64,000 nucleotides of DNA from a virus. Positions within the stretch are counted from its first letter, which is position 1. Each line of letters begins with the position of its first letter. Below are positions 47,059-56,674 of this stretch, one piece after another. Below the pieces are notes generated by a model. The model had not been told where the DNA came from, did no database searches, and saw only the letters and a list, made by a program, of their open reading frames with translations. The DNA lies in IMG/VR virus record IMGVR_UViG_3300042475_005534, positions 24,124 through 88,123 of that record; one strand, written 5' to 3'. A program made the translations under genes and the position numbers.

Positions 47059-47591
47059 TGGCATACATCCTGCCGCAAAGCACATTCGCAGACCTAACAA
47101 GGGGACTGCCGGCCCCGCAGATTATCCCCGGCGCTGGTGGGTTCGCCGCTGCCCAGCGGAGCAGAGATGAGCTGGACGCCGAGCTCAGAGCGAGCCAGCT
47201 GCGTCTTGATACGGAACTGGAGTCCGATAGATGGAAGCACGAGCAAAGCTTGCGAGAACTTGCACCCGGCAGCGCGAAGTCGGCCAAGCCCAAATTCAGT
47301 GATCGCCTCTTTGCTCTTGCCAATACAGGTGCGTTAGCCAATATCGCTAATGCTGTAGCTGGCTTCCCTACCGAGGGGGGCAAATCCCTGATGAATGCTT
47401 ATCAGAAGTCCATAGAACAACGACCATCCATGACTGACGTGGGGATCAAAGCACTTCAGGACGCAAGCGAGATAGCTGCCAATGTCAACAACTTGGGAGC
47501 AGCTGTGCCCCTTGCATTTCAGGCGGATCTAATCAACTCAAACAAGGATCTATGGACCGCACCTCGACTCTCCTATTTCCGGCCGGGCTAG
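47058..47591 (+). CDS. hypothetical protein
   Basis: TAATG-coupled. Confidence 0.6.
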   Translation: MAYILPQSTFADLTRGLPAPQIIPGAGGFAAAQRSRDELDAELRASQLRLDTELESDRWKHEQSLRELAPGSAKSAKPKFSDRLFALANTGALANIANAVAGFPTEGGKSLMNAYQKSIEQRPSMTDVGIKALQDASEIAANVNNLGAAVPLAFQADLINSNKDLWTAPRLSYFRPG

Positions 47592-47628
47592 CATGACTGA
47601 CAAGTCTGGCATCCGAGGAGATTAGGCC

Positions 47629-48267
47629 ATGGTTGGGAACTTTCTCTACGGGGTCGGCAAAGCTATTGACCCCAACCAGTCGACAGCGGCGCGAAACGAT
47701 CAAAGGAGACTGCGGCTGGAGAAGGAGGCCGAAGGTCGAACGCGGCGAGCCCTGGCCCAGCAGGATTTCCTTGGGCAACTGAGAGGGCTCACCGCAATTG
47801 AGGAGCAGAACGCAAACAATGCGTTCAACCGTGGGGAGCAAGGCAAGGATAACGATCTAACGCGTGGTATCGCAAAGCAGGCTAGTGAAACCGACCTGCT
47901 GGAAAGGATCATTCCTGTCAAGACGGCATCGACCATACAGATAGGCGAAGGCAAGGGAGAGCAGGACAGAAGGACCATAGTGACCGCGGGGCAAGCAGGC
48001 GAAAGTTATGACGCCACGCAGAGGAAGGGTGCTACGACCGCTTTTCAGGCTGTGTTCCCCATGGTCAACGATGGGGTCCTGGCACAGCAGTCTAATCTTC
48101 TCACAAACGGCCTTCAGTACGCGATCAACGCTGAAGAGCGGGAAAGGGAAAGAAACTACCAACGAATGATGGAAATGCAGGAAAGAATGAGACCCAAGCT
48201 CGGAACAGTGCTAGCGGCAAACGCACCAGCACTGCTGGGGACGGTTCTGGGGATGTTCGGGGCGTAA
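47629..48267 (+). CDS. hypothetical coiled-coil protein
   Basis: Operonic ORF. Confidence 0.6.
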   Translation: MVGNFLYGVGKAIDPNQSTAARNDQRRLRLEKEAEGRTRRALAQQDFLGQLRGLTAIEEQNANNAFNRGEQGKDNDLTRGIAKQASETDLLERIIPVKTASTIQIGEGKGEQDRRTIVTAGQAGESYDATQRKGATTAFQAVFPMVNDGVLAQQSNLLTNGLQYAINAEERERERNYQRMMEMQERMRPKLGTVLAANAPALLGTVLGMFGA

Positions 48268-48270
48268 ACA

Positions 48271-51102
48271 ATGGCTCCTAAAAAGTCGAACAACAAGAGC
48301 AACTCCTCTAGCAAGAGCAAGTCCTCTAGCAAAAGCAAGTCCTCTAGTAAGGACAACCAGAAGTCCGCTGCTGATCGGGCGAGGGCCTATAAAGAGGCGG
48401 CAGAAGAAGACTTCCAAATGGGGAAGCGCATCGGTGAAGAGCAGCTTGGCTTAAACATCAGGTACACCGATGCCATGGCGCCAAAGGCGTTGGACTATGC
48501 CCGGCAGTCCCAGTCCATCGCCGATGACAGTTACACCAGGCAGTCCGGGGTCGACAGAGATATTCAGCTTCAACTGAGACAGGCCGACACGGACAGCGAA
48601 AGTTACCTACAGCAGGGGCAGGGAGACATTCAAAGCCGCCTGCAGAATGAAAGAGGAGTCATTGATCGGGACCTTGAGGGCATCAGGGTCGGCGGACAGA
48701 AGTACGCCTACGACAGACAACTAGAGGGGACAAAGTACGCCCAAGACGCAGAAAGCGGCAGGAGCCGTTATACGACTGATGCTCAGACAGCAATCAATCG
48801 TTATTCCCAGGACGCAGAAACAGGACGATCACGTTACGGGCAAGACCAGGAGACTGGCCGCTTCCGCTTCGGCCAAGAGCAGGAGACAGGCAGATTCACC
48901 CTTGGCCAGCGAGAAGAGACCGGCCGCGTTCGCTACGCACAAGACGCAGAAACGGGTCGATTCAATCTCGGCCAAAGAGAAGAGACTGGACGTCTTCGTT
49001 ACGCTCAAGACGCCGAGACTGACAGGTTTGGTCTTGGCCAAAGAGAAGAAACTGGACGTGTCAGATACTCTCAGGACGCGGAGACAGGTCGATTTAATCT
49101 CGGCCAAAGAGAAGAGACTGGACGTCTTCGTTACGCCCAGGACGCCGAGACTGACAGGTTTGGTCTTGGTCAAAGAGAAGAAACTGGACGTGTCAGATAC
49201 TCTCAGGACGCGGAGACAGGTCGATTTAATCTTGGTCAAAGAGAAGAGACCGGCCGCCTTCGTTACGCCCAGGACGCCGAGACTGACAGGTTTGGTCTTG
49301 GCCAAAGAGAAGAAACTGGACGCGTCAGGTATTCCCAGGATGCCGAGACGGGGCGCTCTCGATTCACTCAAGAACAAGAGACTGGTCGCCTTCGGTATGC
49401 CCAGGATGCCGAGACCGACAGGTTTGGTCTTGGCCAAAGAGAGGAAACTGGCCGAGTCAGATATTCCCAGGACGCAGAGACGGGTCGTTCCCGATTTGCC
49501 CAAGAGCAAGAGACTGGCAGATTCAGGTTTGGTCAAAGACAGGAGACCGGGCGAGTCAGGTATTCGCAAGACGCAGAAACCGCCCGCTCTCGATACAGCC
49601 AGGATCAAGAGACCGGAAGGTTCACTCTTGGCCAAAGAGAGGAGACTGGTCGCCTCCGTTACGCGCAAGATGCCGAAACCGACAGGTTCGGCCTTGGTCA
49701 GCGAGAAGAGACCGGGCGGGTCAGATACTCACAGGATGCGGAGAGCGCCCGCTCTCGCTACGCCCAGGATCAAGAAACTGGCAGGTTCACCCTTGGCCAG
49801 CGGGAAGAGACTGGACGCCTTCGCTATGCACAGGACGCCGAAACTGACCGATTTGGCCTTGGTCAGCGGGAGGAGACTGGCCGTGTTCGGTACTCACAAG
49901 ATGCCGAAACGGGGCGCACCAGGTACACAGCTGACACCCAGCGGGACATCAACCGGTACTCCCAGGACCGGGAGAGCGAGCGATTCGCCCTTGGTCAAAA
50001 AGAGGAGACCGGACGCACACGTTACACCGCGGACTCCCAGGAGAGAACCAGCAAGTACGGCGCTGATCAGACCCTAAGAGGCACCAGAGCTCAGGTTCGC
50101 GGTCAGATGTACGGCGCTGATCGCTCCCTTGATGCCACCCGGTATTCCTCTGATAGCCAAGAGCGATCCTCTCGCTATGGACAGGACGCGGAAAGCGGCA
50201 GGACGAGATACACGGCTGACACCCAGCGGGCCATTAGCCGCTACAGCCAGGACGCAGAGAGTGGCCGGACCAAGTACACGGCCGATTCTCAAGAGAGGAC
50301 CAGTAAGTATGGTGCTGATCAAACCCTAAGGGGGACCCAGGCTCAGGTTCGCGGCCAAATGTATGGCGCTGACCGCTCTCTTGACGCCACCCGGTATTCC
50401 TCTGATAGCCAGGAGAGGGCATCCCGTTTTGGTCAGCAACAAGAATCTGAGCGGACTCGCTACACAGCTGATTCTCAAGAGAGGACTAGCAAGTATGGTG
50501 CCGATCAAGCCCTCAAAGGCACCCAGACCCAGGTCCGCGGCCAGATGTATGGGGCTGATCGGGCTCTCGAGGGAACCCGGTATTCCTCTGATAGCCAGGA
50601 GCGATCCTCTCGTTTCGGTCAGCAACAAGAATCTGAGCGGACTCGCTATACAGCTGATTCTCAAGAGAGGACTAGCAAGTATGGTGCCGATCAAGCCCTC
50701 AAAGGCACCCAGACCCAGGTCCGCGGCCAGATGTATGGGGCTGATCGGGCCCTCGAGGGAACCCGGTATTCCTCTGATAGCCAGGAGCGGGCATCCCGCT
50801 TTGGGCAAGAGCAGGAATCCGAGCGGACACGTTACACGTCCGACTCTCAGGAGCGCCTCACCAAGTACAGCGATGACAGCCGGGAGCGCCTTGGCCGGTA
50901 CAGCGCCGATTCTCAAGAGCGCATAGGCCGCGACCGCAACACCAGCGAGGAGCGCCGAATCGGCATGGCTGGAGAGCAAGAGCGCAAGACCCTCACCCAG
51001 GGAACCGATGAGACCTTGCGCCTAAGGGCCGACGCGAGGGGTGCCATTAGCCGTTACTCTCCGTTCTCCCGCGGCAAGGCCGCCGCCAGATACTTTGGCT
51101 GA
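48271..51102 (+). CDS. 11-residue-repeat coiled-coil protein (943 aa)
   Basis: Q(D/R/E)(A/E/Q)ETGRxx(Y/L/F)(G/A/S) repeated dozens of times. Confidence 0.85.
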   Translation: MAPKKSNNKSNSSSKSKSSSKSKSSSKDNQKSAADRARAYKEAAEEDFQMGKRIGEEQLGLNIRYTDAMAPKALDYARQSQSIADDSYTRQSGVDRDIQLQLRQADTDSESYLQQGQGDIQSRLQNERGVIDRDLEGIRVGGQKYAYDRQLEGTKYAQDAESGRSRYTTDAQTAINRYSQDAETGRSRYGQDQETGRFRFGQEQETGRFTLGQREETGRVRYAQDAETGRFNLGQREETGRLRYAQDAETDRFGLGQREETGRVRYSQDAETGRFNLGQREETGRLRYAQDAETDRFGLGQREETGRVRYSQDAETGRFNLGQREETGRLRYAQDAETDRFGLGQREETGRVRYSQDAETGRSRFTQEQETGRLRYAQDAETDRFGLGQREETGRVRYSQDAETGRSRFAQEQETGRFRFGQRQETGRVRYSQDAETARSRYSQDQETGRFTLGQREETGRLRYAQDAETDRFGLGQREETGRVRYSQDAESARSRYAQDQETGRFTLGQREETGRLRYAQDAETDRFGLGQREETGRVRYSQDAETGRTRYTADTQRDINRYSQDRESERFALGQKEETGRTRYTADSQERTSKYGADQTLRGTRAQVRGQMYGADRSLDATRYSSDSQERSSRYGQDAESGRTRYTADTQRAISRYSQDAESGRTKYTADSQERTSKYGADQTLRGTQAQVRGQMYGADRSLDATRYSSDSQERASRFGQQQESERTRYTADSQERTSKYGADQALKGTQTQVRGQMYGADRALEGTRYSSDSQERSSRFGQQQESERTRYTADSQERTSKYGADQALKGTQTQVRGQMYGADRALEGTRYSSDSQERASRFGQEQESERTRYTSDSQERLTKYSDDSRERLGRYSADSQERIGRDRNTSEERRIGMAGEQERKTLTQGTDETLRLRADARGAISRYSPFSRGKAAARYFG

Positions 51103-51580
51103 TTCCCATCCTGGGGTATCGGCTTTTCTCTCCTCGCTAAATAACGAGCAACGGGAAAGATTCCTAACAGAGGCCGACAATCGCGATTCCGTATACCAGC
51201 TCTGGATGTACGCCAGTGCCATGGGATATGAGTCGTGTTTCCTCGAGCTGGAGTCCTGGCAGAAAGAACGTTATCCCAGGCTGAATCGAAAACTGGCGCT
51301 CACCGCAGAGGCCGTGCGGCTCCAGCAGGATATCGCAGCGCTTCGAGCCTGCGAAAATCCGGACCCGAGGCTCATCGCTGCCCTGACAAAGGAGTTGCGA
51401 GGGCACCTGGTGGAGATCGAGCGGATGGAGCGTGGCCACGATCGACGGGGGCTCCTACTGGCTGGAGCTGATCGACTCCTGAAAACTGTGCAGGATTCCT
51501 TTCCTGACGACCCCGAAATGCAGAGCGTCTTGGAGGAATCGTTCGAGACCTTCCTCGCCCAGCTGAGAGAGGAGCGCTGA
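51095..51580 (+). CDS. hypothetical protein, candidate terminase small subunit
   Basis: Helical protein of about 160 aa directly upstream of terL; positional inference. Confidence 0.45.
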   Translation: MADSHPGVSAFLSSLNNEQRERFLTEADNRDSVYQLWMYASAMGYESCFLELESWQKERYPRLNRKLALTAEAVRLQQDIAALRACENPDPRLIAALTKELRGHLVEIERMERGHDRRGLLLAGADRLLKTVQDSFPDDPEMQSVLEESFETFLAQLREER

Positions 51581-51598
51581 GTTGTTAAATTGCCAGTT

Positions 51599-53128
51599 AT
51601 GGCTGGCACTTCGATAGCCCAGGCACGCAGGCGCTCCACGCTTGCTGCTGCTAAAAGGCTCCCAAAGAGAACATCCGCTGATGCGGCGGTTCCAGAAGAC
51701 ATTCAACTGGCCCGTGACAATTTCGCGGCCTTTTGCACCCGAATGGGGAAGCCGCCAGCGCCGCACATGATGCTGTGGCACGAGAAGTTCATCACCGGCA
51801 AAAGCAGCGACCACCTCCTTGATGTTGCCGGGCCCAACGAATGCCTACTGAGTCCCAGGGGGTCTGCAAAGAGCACCTTCGTGGGATTGCTATGCGCCTG
51901 GCTGATCGGGCGGCATGCCCTGCAAAGGAAGCTGTTGCGGATTCTTTATGTGTCCTACAACATCGACGTAGCCAGGGGGAAGAGCCTGGCCATCAAGACC
52001 TTAATTCAGTCATCGGACTATCAGGAAGTTTTCCCGATGGTTCGCCTCTCCAAGGCGAGAACAGCAGACGAGTTGTGGTCGATTGATTTTGATTTTGCAG
52101 GAATTGATGTCAGAGGAGAAGACGCCTTTACCGTCGCCTGCGCGGGCCTGCGTGGAACCATTGCTTCCAAGAGAAGCAGTCTTGTGATTCTCGATGACTT
52201 GATCAAATCCAAGCAGTCCATTGCGAATCCAGAAATCCGCAGGGAAATGGAAGCCAACTGGAACAGCGTCATTGTTCCAACCATGTTCGAGGGCGCCCGC
52301 GCCATCGCCCTGGGCACCCGGTTCCATTTTGACGACATGTTCGCCACTACGTTCATCGAGCGCAATGGGTGGGCTGTCACGATCCAGGCCGCCCTTGAAT
52401 ACAACAACGACGGAGATGTGCGCTCCTACTGGCCGCAAATGTGGGGGCTCGAATATCTGCTAGGCCTGCAGCGCAAGGACGGAGTCTCCTTTGCGTATCA
52501 GTACATGAACCAGGCGGTGCGATCCGCAGAGCTGGGGATTTCACCTGAGTTGTTTATCAAGGGATCCATTCCCGACACGTTCGACATGATCGGCGTCGGG
52601 ATGGACCTCTCCTCTGGCCTGAAAGAGCGCAATGACTGGACCGTGTTCATGCTCGGCGGCAGGGATGGGGAGAAGGGCTACTTGATTGATTACAGGCGAG
52701 TGCGCTCCATGGGGAACATTGAGAAGGTAGAAGCCCTGTGCGAACTCTTGTCTGACTGGAATTTGCTGATCCGCGATGGCAGCAAGTACCGGCCCACTCG
52801 CTCTGATGTGATGATCTGGCCTGAATCGGTGGCCTATCAAAAATCGTTCCAGGGTGATTTCCAGAGGATTGCCCACCAAGACTGGGGCCTCACTAATCTG
52901 AGGGTGTCTCCAGTCACCGGGATTCGTGGTGACAAGCTATCCCGGTTCCGCGGCATTATGGGCCTATTCCAGACCCATCGCGTGATATTCAACAAGTACA
53001 GGGACTGGTCTGTCGTGCTGGAAGAGGTGCTGAACCTTGGGCACACAGCCCATGACGACTGTGCCGACGGAGTTCAGATCCTGTTGGACCAGCTGTTCAG
53101 ACGCGGTCCAGCAGAGCTCGAGTATTAG
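51599..53128 (+). CDS. terL: terminase large subunit
   Basis: PRGSAKST Walker A, ILDD Walker B, GTRFH.DD, FAYQYMN, GMDL, HDDC.D nuclease motifs. Confidence 0.9.
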   Translation: MAGTSIAQARRRSTLAAAKRLPKRTSADAAVPEDIQLARDNFAAFCTRMGKPPAPHMMLWHEKFITGKSSDHLLDVAGPNECLLSPRGSAKSTFVGLLCAWLIGRHALQRKLLRILYVSYNIDVARGKSLAIKTLIQSSDYQEVFPMVRLSKARTADELWSIDFDFAGIDVRGEDAFTVACAGLRGTIASKRSSLVILDDLIKSKQSIANPEIRREMEANWNSVIVPTMFEGARAIALGTRFHFDDMFATTFIERNGWAVTIQAALEYNNDGDVRSYWPQMWGLEYLLGLQRKDGVSFAYQYMNQAVRSAELGISPELFIKGSIPDTFDMIGVGMDLSSGLKERNDWTVFMLGGRDGEKGYLIDYRRVRSMGNIEKVEALCELLSDWNLLIRDGSKYRPTRSDVMIWPESVAYQKSFQGDFQRIAHQDWGLTNLRVSPVTGIRGDKLSRFRGIMGLFQTHRVIFNKYRDWSVVLEEVLNLGHTAHDDCADGVQILLDQLFRRGPAELEY

Positions 53129-53158
53129 CCCCTTCTCTGGCGAACTTAGGATAGACCA

Positions 53159-55435
53159 ATGAGCGAATACAACGATTCCCGGTCCTCCCCATTCCAGCAA
53201 CTCCTGGAAGCTGCGCGCAGTCGCAAGGGCGGAAGCGGCGACACCACCGTCATCACTGGGCATCTTGCTCAGATGCGGCTTTTCATGATGCGCCAGGGGG
53301 TTGAGTTCTACCCTCGGCAGGATTCCTACGGATTCCGGAAGTCATTCCTGGAGAGGATCATCGAAGAAAACGAGATCGACGCCAGGCTCGAGGGGATTGG
53401 AGATGACTTCGTGCTTGACGGGCTAGGGCTTTGGTTCTTTCGCCCGGTCAAGGACACCTACCGCATCATGTGGTTCACCCGTAACAACTACAGGTCCTAC
53501 TACGACGCGGATGAGCAGATCGATGAGATCGACCTGATCTACTCCTACAAAGAGCGCAGCCAGGCAAACAAGCTCAATGTTTCAACTACTGGCGGCTTCA
53601 CGACGAAATGGGTCCGGCTAGTCGTTCGAAAAGACGAGATCATTGAGGAAATCAGTAACGAGAGGCCGTCCTTTGAGGACCCCATCGGAAGCCGTTTCTC
53701 CCCCTCCCGCGTCTCCGCTGCTGCCTCTTCGTCGGTGATTGGGAAGTCGACTCGGACGACACGGAACTCCCTGGGCTTCATTCCTGCGGTCGAGGCGTTC
53801 AACAACATGCGCTCTTCCGGTATGGATGCCACCGGAGACTTTGATGGCCTGGAAGGGCACATCATGGTGCATGACTCCTTGGTTCGTAATATCCGCGAAA
53901 ACATTCGCTTCTACGGCAACCCCACACTTGTTTCCAGTCGGGCCAAGCACGAGATGATGGAGTCCGGGGACGAGCAGTCTCGCCGGCCAACCATTGCCAG
54001 CAGGGCCGGTTTCGAGTCGACCGCTCCTCGCTCTAACTGGTCCAATTCAGGCGGAGGCCGCTTTGATTTAACAGGAGCCCCATCCCTGGGATCCAACATG
54101 AGAGTGCCTCGCCTGATTGCCAATCTCGAGGCCACCGACCGGGTGCAATACATCACGCCCAACGCGGTCAGCGGCGATCAGAACATGTATGCCAGGCAGT
54201 ATCGGGAGGAAATCCGCACAGCCCTAGGCGGCGTTGATGAACTCGGTATTTCCTCCGGCGCGACCGCCTACGAGATCAAGAGCCTCTTCGGCCGTGCGGC
54301 AACAACGGCCCTCAGGAAGTGTCGCGGGTTGCTGACCTACGGATTGTGCAAACTGCTAGGCCTGATGATCCATCACGAGGAGAAGATTTTCCGCGACTCC
54401 TTCTCTGCTGCATTAGGGATTGCGCCGCCAAGTGCGCCAATCTTTGAGCAGTTTGAAGCCGATGGCGCTACTGCGGAGTATGAGGAGGCGGAGCGTATCT
54501 ACAGAGAGGAATACGCCGCCTGGGAGCAGGAGATAGAGGCCAACCTCTCGGAGGCACTGGAGAACCAGGATCTCCCAGTTGGAGTTGTCGGGCTGATTCC
54601 TGACGGGGATCGGCGAGTGGAGTGGCGCTGGAGGGGGCCGGTCTTTGAAGAGAGCCCTGAAGACGTTCTCAACGCATCGATCGTGGTGCGGAACCTTCAA
54701 GAACTTGGGGTGGACTCGGTGGAAGCACTGAAGCATTTATTCCCTTCAAAAACAGATGAGGAACGCAGCGCTATGCTGTCAGGGTATCCATTCAGGATGG
54801 CCCAGGCCACGCAACAGAGCATTGGAACATTCCTCTCGCTCATCGGGGACATGCAGCAGATTCCTCATCCGCAGCAGCCCGATCTTCCACTCCTGGCAGA
54901 CCCCAGGCTCGACCTGGTTCCATTCGTTTATCGGGCTTTCGATTTCCTCAAGCGAGAACTGACCTATGCAGGACAATTCAACGATGCCGCAGGTGCCTCA
55001 GGCCCCAGCGAACTCGATGCCATCGGTAGAGCACGCGCAGGCGCCGGTCTCCCCGCAGAGCTACCAGGCAGCAGCGGCCCCTTCTTCCTACCAGACAGCA
55101 CCCGGTCCAGCACCGCAAATGGTGGATCCGTGGCAGGCGGCCTATCAGCGCCTGAGCGGCGGGCTGAACGGGATGCCCCAATCCCAGCCCCAGGCACCGT
55201 ATTGGCAACAAGCGCCACAGGCGGCTCCCTCCCCGGCTTACTACCCTTCGCCTACAACCAGCTACCCAGCGGCGTTCAGTACGGGGATCCCGATTTCGCT
55301 GCCCCAAGTAACGCCGGTCTATTCGCCGAGCTATCCGAGCGCGCTGCAGAACGTGCCAGCGCAGTACGCCCCGACCCAGACCCCGCAAGAGGTCGAGGAC
55401 GGGTACCTAAGCGGCGTAAGCAACGAAAGTCTTGA
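53159..55435 (+). CDS. portal protein (putative)
   Basis: Follows terL; N.LGFIP.V motif; helical; low-complexity C-terminal tail. Confidence 0.7.
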   Translation: MSEYNDSRSSPFQQLLEAARSRKGGSGDTTVITGHLAQMRLFMMRQGVEFYPRQDSYGFRKSFLERIIEENEIDARLEGIGDDFVLDGLGLWFFRPVKDTYRIMWFTRNNYRSYYDADEQIDEIDLIYSYKERSQANKLNVSTTGGFTTKWVRLVVRKDEIIEEISNERPSFEDPIGSRFSPSRVSAAASSSVIGKSTRTTRNSLGFIPAVEAFNNMRSSGMDATGDFDGLEGHIMVHDSLVRNIRENIRFYGNPTLVSSRAKHEMMESGDEQSRRPTIASRAGFESTAPRSNWSNSGGGRFDLTGAPSLGSNMRVPRLIANLEATDRVQYITPNAVSGDQNMYARQYREEIRTALGGVDELGISSGATAYEIKSLFGRAATTALRKCRGLLTYGLCKLLGLMIHHEEKIFRDSFSAALGIAPPSAPIFEQFEADGATAEYEEAERIYREEYAAWEQEIEANLSEALENQDLPVGVVGLIPDGDRRVEWRWRGPVFEESPEDVLNASIVVRNLQELGVDSVEALKHLFPSKTDEERSAMLSGYPFRMAQATQQSIGTFLSLIGDMQQIPHPQQPDLPLLADPRLDLVPFVYRAFDFLKRELTYAGQFNDAAGASGPSELDAIGRARAGAGLPAELPGSSGPFFLPDSTRSSTANGGSVAGGLSAPERRAERDAPIPAPGTVLATSATGGSLPGLLPFAYNQLPSGVQYGDPDFAAPSNAGLFAELSERAAERASAVRPDPDPARGRGRVPKRRKQRKS

Positions 55436-55940
55436 GGTTCTTCAGCACTTCGGCGCTGAGGCCCCGGCTCTTCTCAACCGTTACGCCTGCACCGTAGAGG
55501 ATGCCCTGCTGGCCCAGGCTGAGCAAACCGGCACCACGATGCAGCAATTGCAGCAACTGGCGCAGAACATGAGCCAAATGGAGGTGATCCTTAATGCTGC
55601 CATTGAAGACAACAACGCCTACAACTATCTGACCACTGATCCCGACCTGCTGGCTGATTACGTCAACGACTTCTTCGGACCCGAGGGCCCTGCTCCCGTG
55701 GAGCTCCCTCAGGACCGCCTGCGTGCTGAGGTAGAAGCCAACCAGCGCCCCTATCAGAGGCCCGAGATGCCCATGCCCGCGCCATCTGGCCGTGGCGGTG
55801 GCGTCAATCCAGAGGACTTCTGGGCTCAGTTCAACCAGGTAGCCACCACCAGGCCCGACCAGCTCTGGATGTTGCTGGATCAAGTCCAGAGCCAGGCTCC
55901 TGAACTGCTGACCTCTAAGTGGCTCGTGAGCGAGGGCTGA
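54966..55940 (+). CDS. scaffolding-like protein (Pro/Gln-rich N-terminus, coiled coil)
   Basis: Follows and overlaps the portal gene; acidic coiled-coil core. Confidence 0.6.
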   Translation: MQDNSTMPQVPQAPANSMPSVEHAQAPVSPQSYQAAAAPSSYQTAPGPAPQMVDPWQAAYQRLSGGLNGMPQSQPQAPYWQQAPQAAPSPAYYPSPTTSYPAAFSTGIPISLPQVTPVYSPSYPSALQNVPAQYAPTQTPQEVEDGYLSGVSNESLEVLQHFGAEAPALLNRYACTVEDALLAQAEQTGTTMQQLQQLAQNMSQMEVILNAAIEDNNAYNYLTTDPDLLADYVNDFFGPEGPAPVELPQDRLRAEVEANQRPYQRPEMPMPAPSGRGGGVNPEDFWAQFNQVATTRPDQLWMLLDQVQSQAPELLTSKWLVSEG

Positions 55941-55941
55941 G

Positions 55942-56298
55942 ATGGCCAACTTCCCCGCTGGAGCCATGCGCCCTCCCAATACTGGCCCACAGGGCCAAGC
56001 TATTGGTGCTTTTGACCAGATCCAGAACAGGAATCAGCAGGTCAACAATCGGGCGCGCTTGCTCATTGCCACGGCCGACACTGCAGGCATCAACACTGTC
56101 ACCGATGGCGCCCGCGCCTTGCAGGTTGCCAGCAACACCCAGGAGCACCAACTCCGAACCGCTGCCAATGCAACACTGAACACCCAGGCGGCGCAGAAAT
56201 GCTGCCTGGATGGGCGGCTGAACGCAGCGTCGAAATACGGCCAAGAGGGATACGTGCCTGCGATGTACAAGCTGGCAAATCTTCTCTCTTCGGCCTAG
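55942..56298 (+). CDS. hypothetical protein
   Basis: Operonic ORF. Confidence 0.6.
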   Translation: MANFPAGAMRPPNTGPQGQAIGAFDQIQNRNQQVNNRARLLIATADTAGINTVTDGARALQVASNTQEHQLRTAANATLNTQAAQKCCLDGRLNAASKYGQEGYVPAMYKLANLLSSA

Positions 56299-56345
56299 GG
56301 GTAATACAAGGCAATCATTCGGCCTAGGGGTAATACAAGGCAATC
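56289..56345. repeat. 29-bp tandem duplication
   Basis: TTCGGCCTAGGGGTAATACAAGGCAATC(A) x2. Confidence 0.9.
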
Positions 56346-56394
56346 GGGATGTATGCCAGCTGTGGCTAGCATGGGACTACTCTCGCGGTAGACC

Positions 56395-56673
56395 ATGCGC
56401 CTTGCTGGCAGCCCGGAAATTTACGAGGCGCTAGCCAAGCACTTCGTCAGCGACGATGTACCTCGTCCAGCCGCAGAACACATGGCCGCAGAGGTCATGG
56501 TGCATGGGGATGACGCCGACATCCGCATTGATGAATTCATGCGGTACTACGGAATGTACAAGGACAAGGGCTTCTCCGATCAAGCCGCTCAGCACCTTGC
56601 GGTCGAGGCACTAGAGGGAGAGAGCGACCCTCCGGCCATGACGCGGCGATTCGCTGGCACCTACGAAGACTGA
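56395..56673 (+). CDS. hypothetical protein
   Basis: Internal repeat AAEHMAAE/AAQHLAVE. Confidence 0.6.
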   Translation: MRLAGSPEIYEALAKHFVSDDVPRPAAEHMAAEVMVHGDDADIRIDEFMRYYGMYKDKGFSDQAAQHLAVEALEGESDPPAMTRRFAGTYED

Positions 56674-56674
56674 C

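Noticed and set aside
48779-50077. 432-aa alternative-frame ORF and antisense ORFs in the repeat gene
   Set aside because: Stop-free shadows produced by the tandem repeats.
56289-56345. Mini-CRISPR
   Set aside because: The two copies abut with no spacer.
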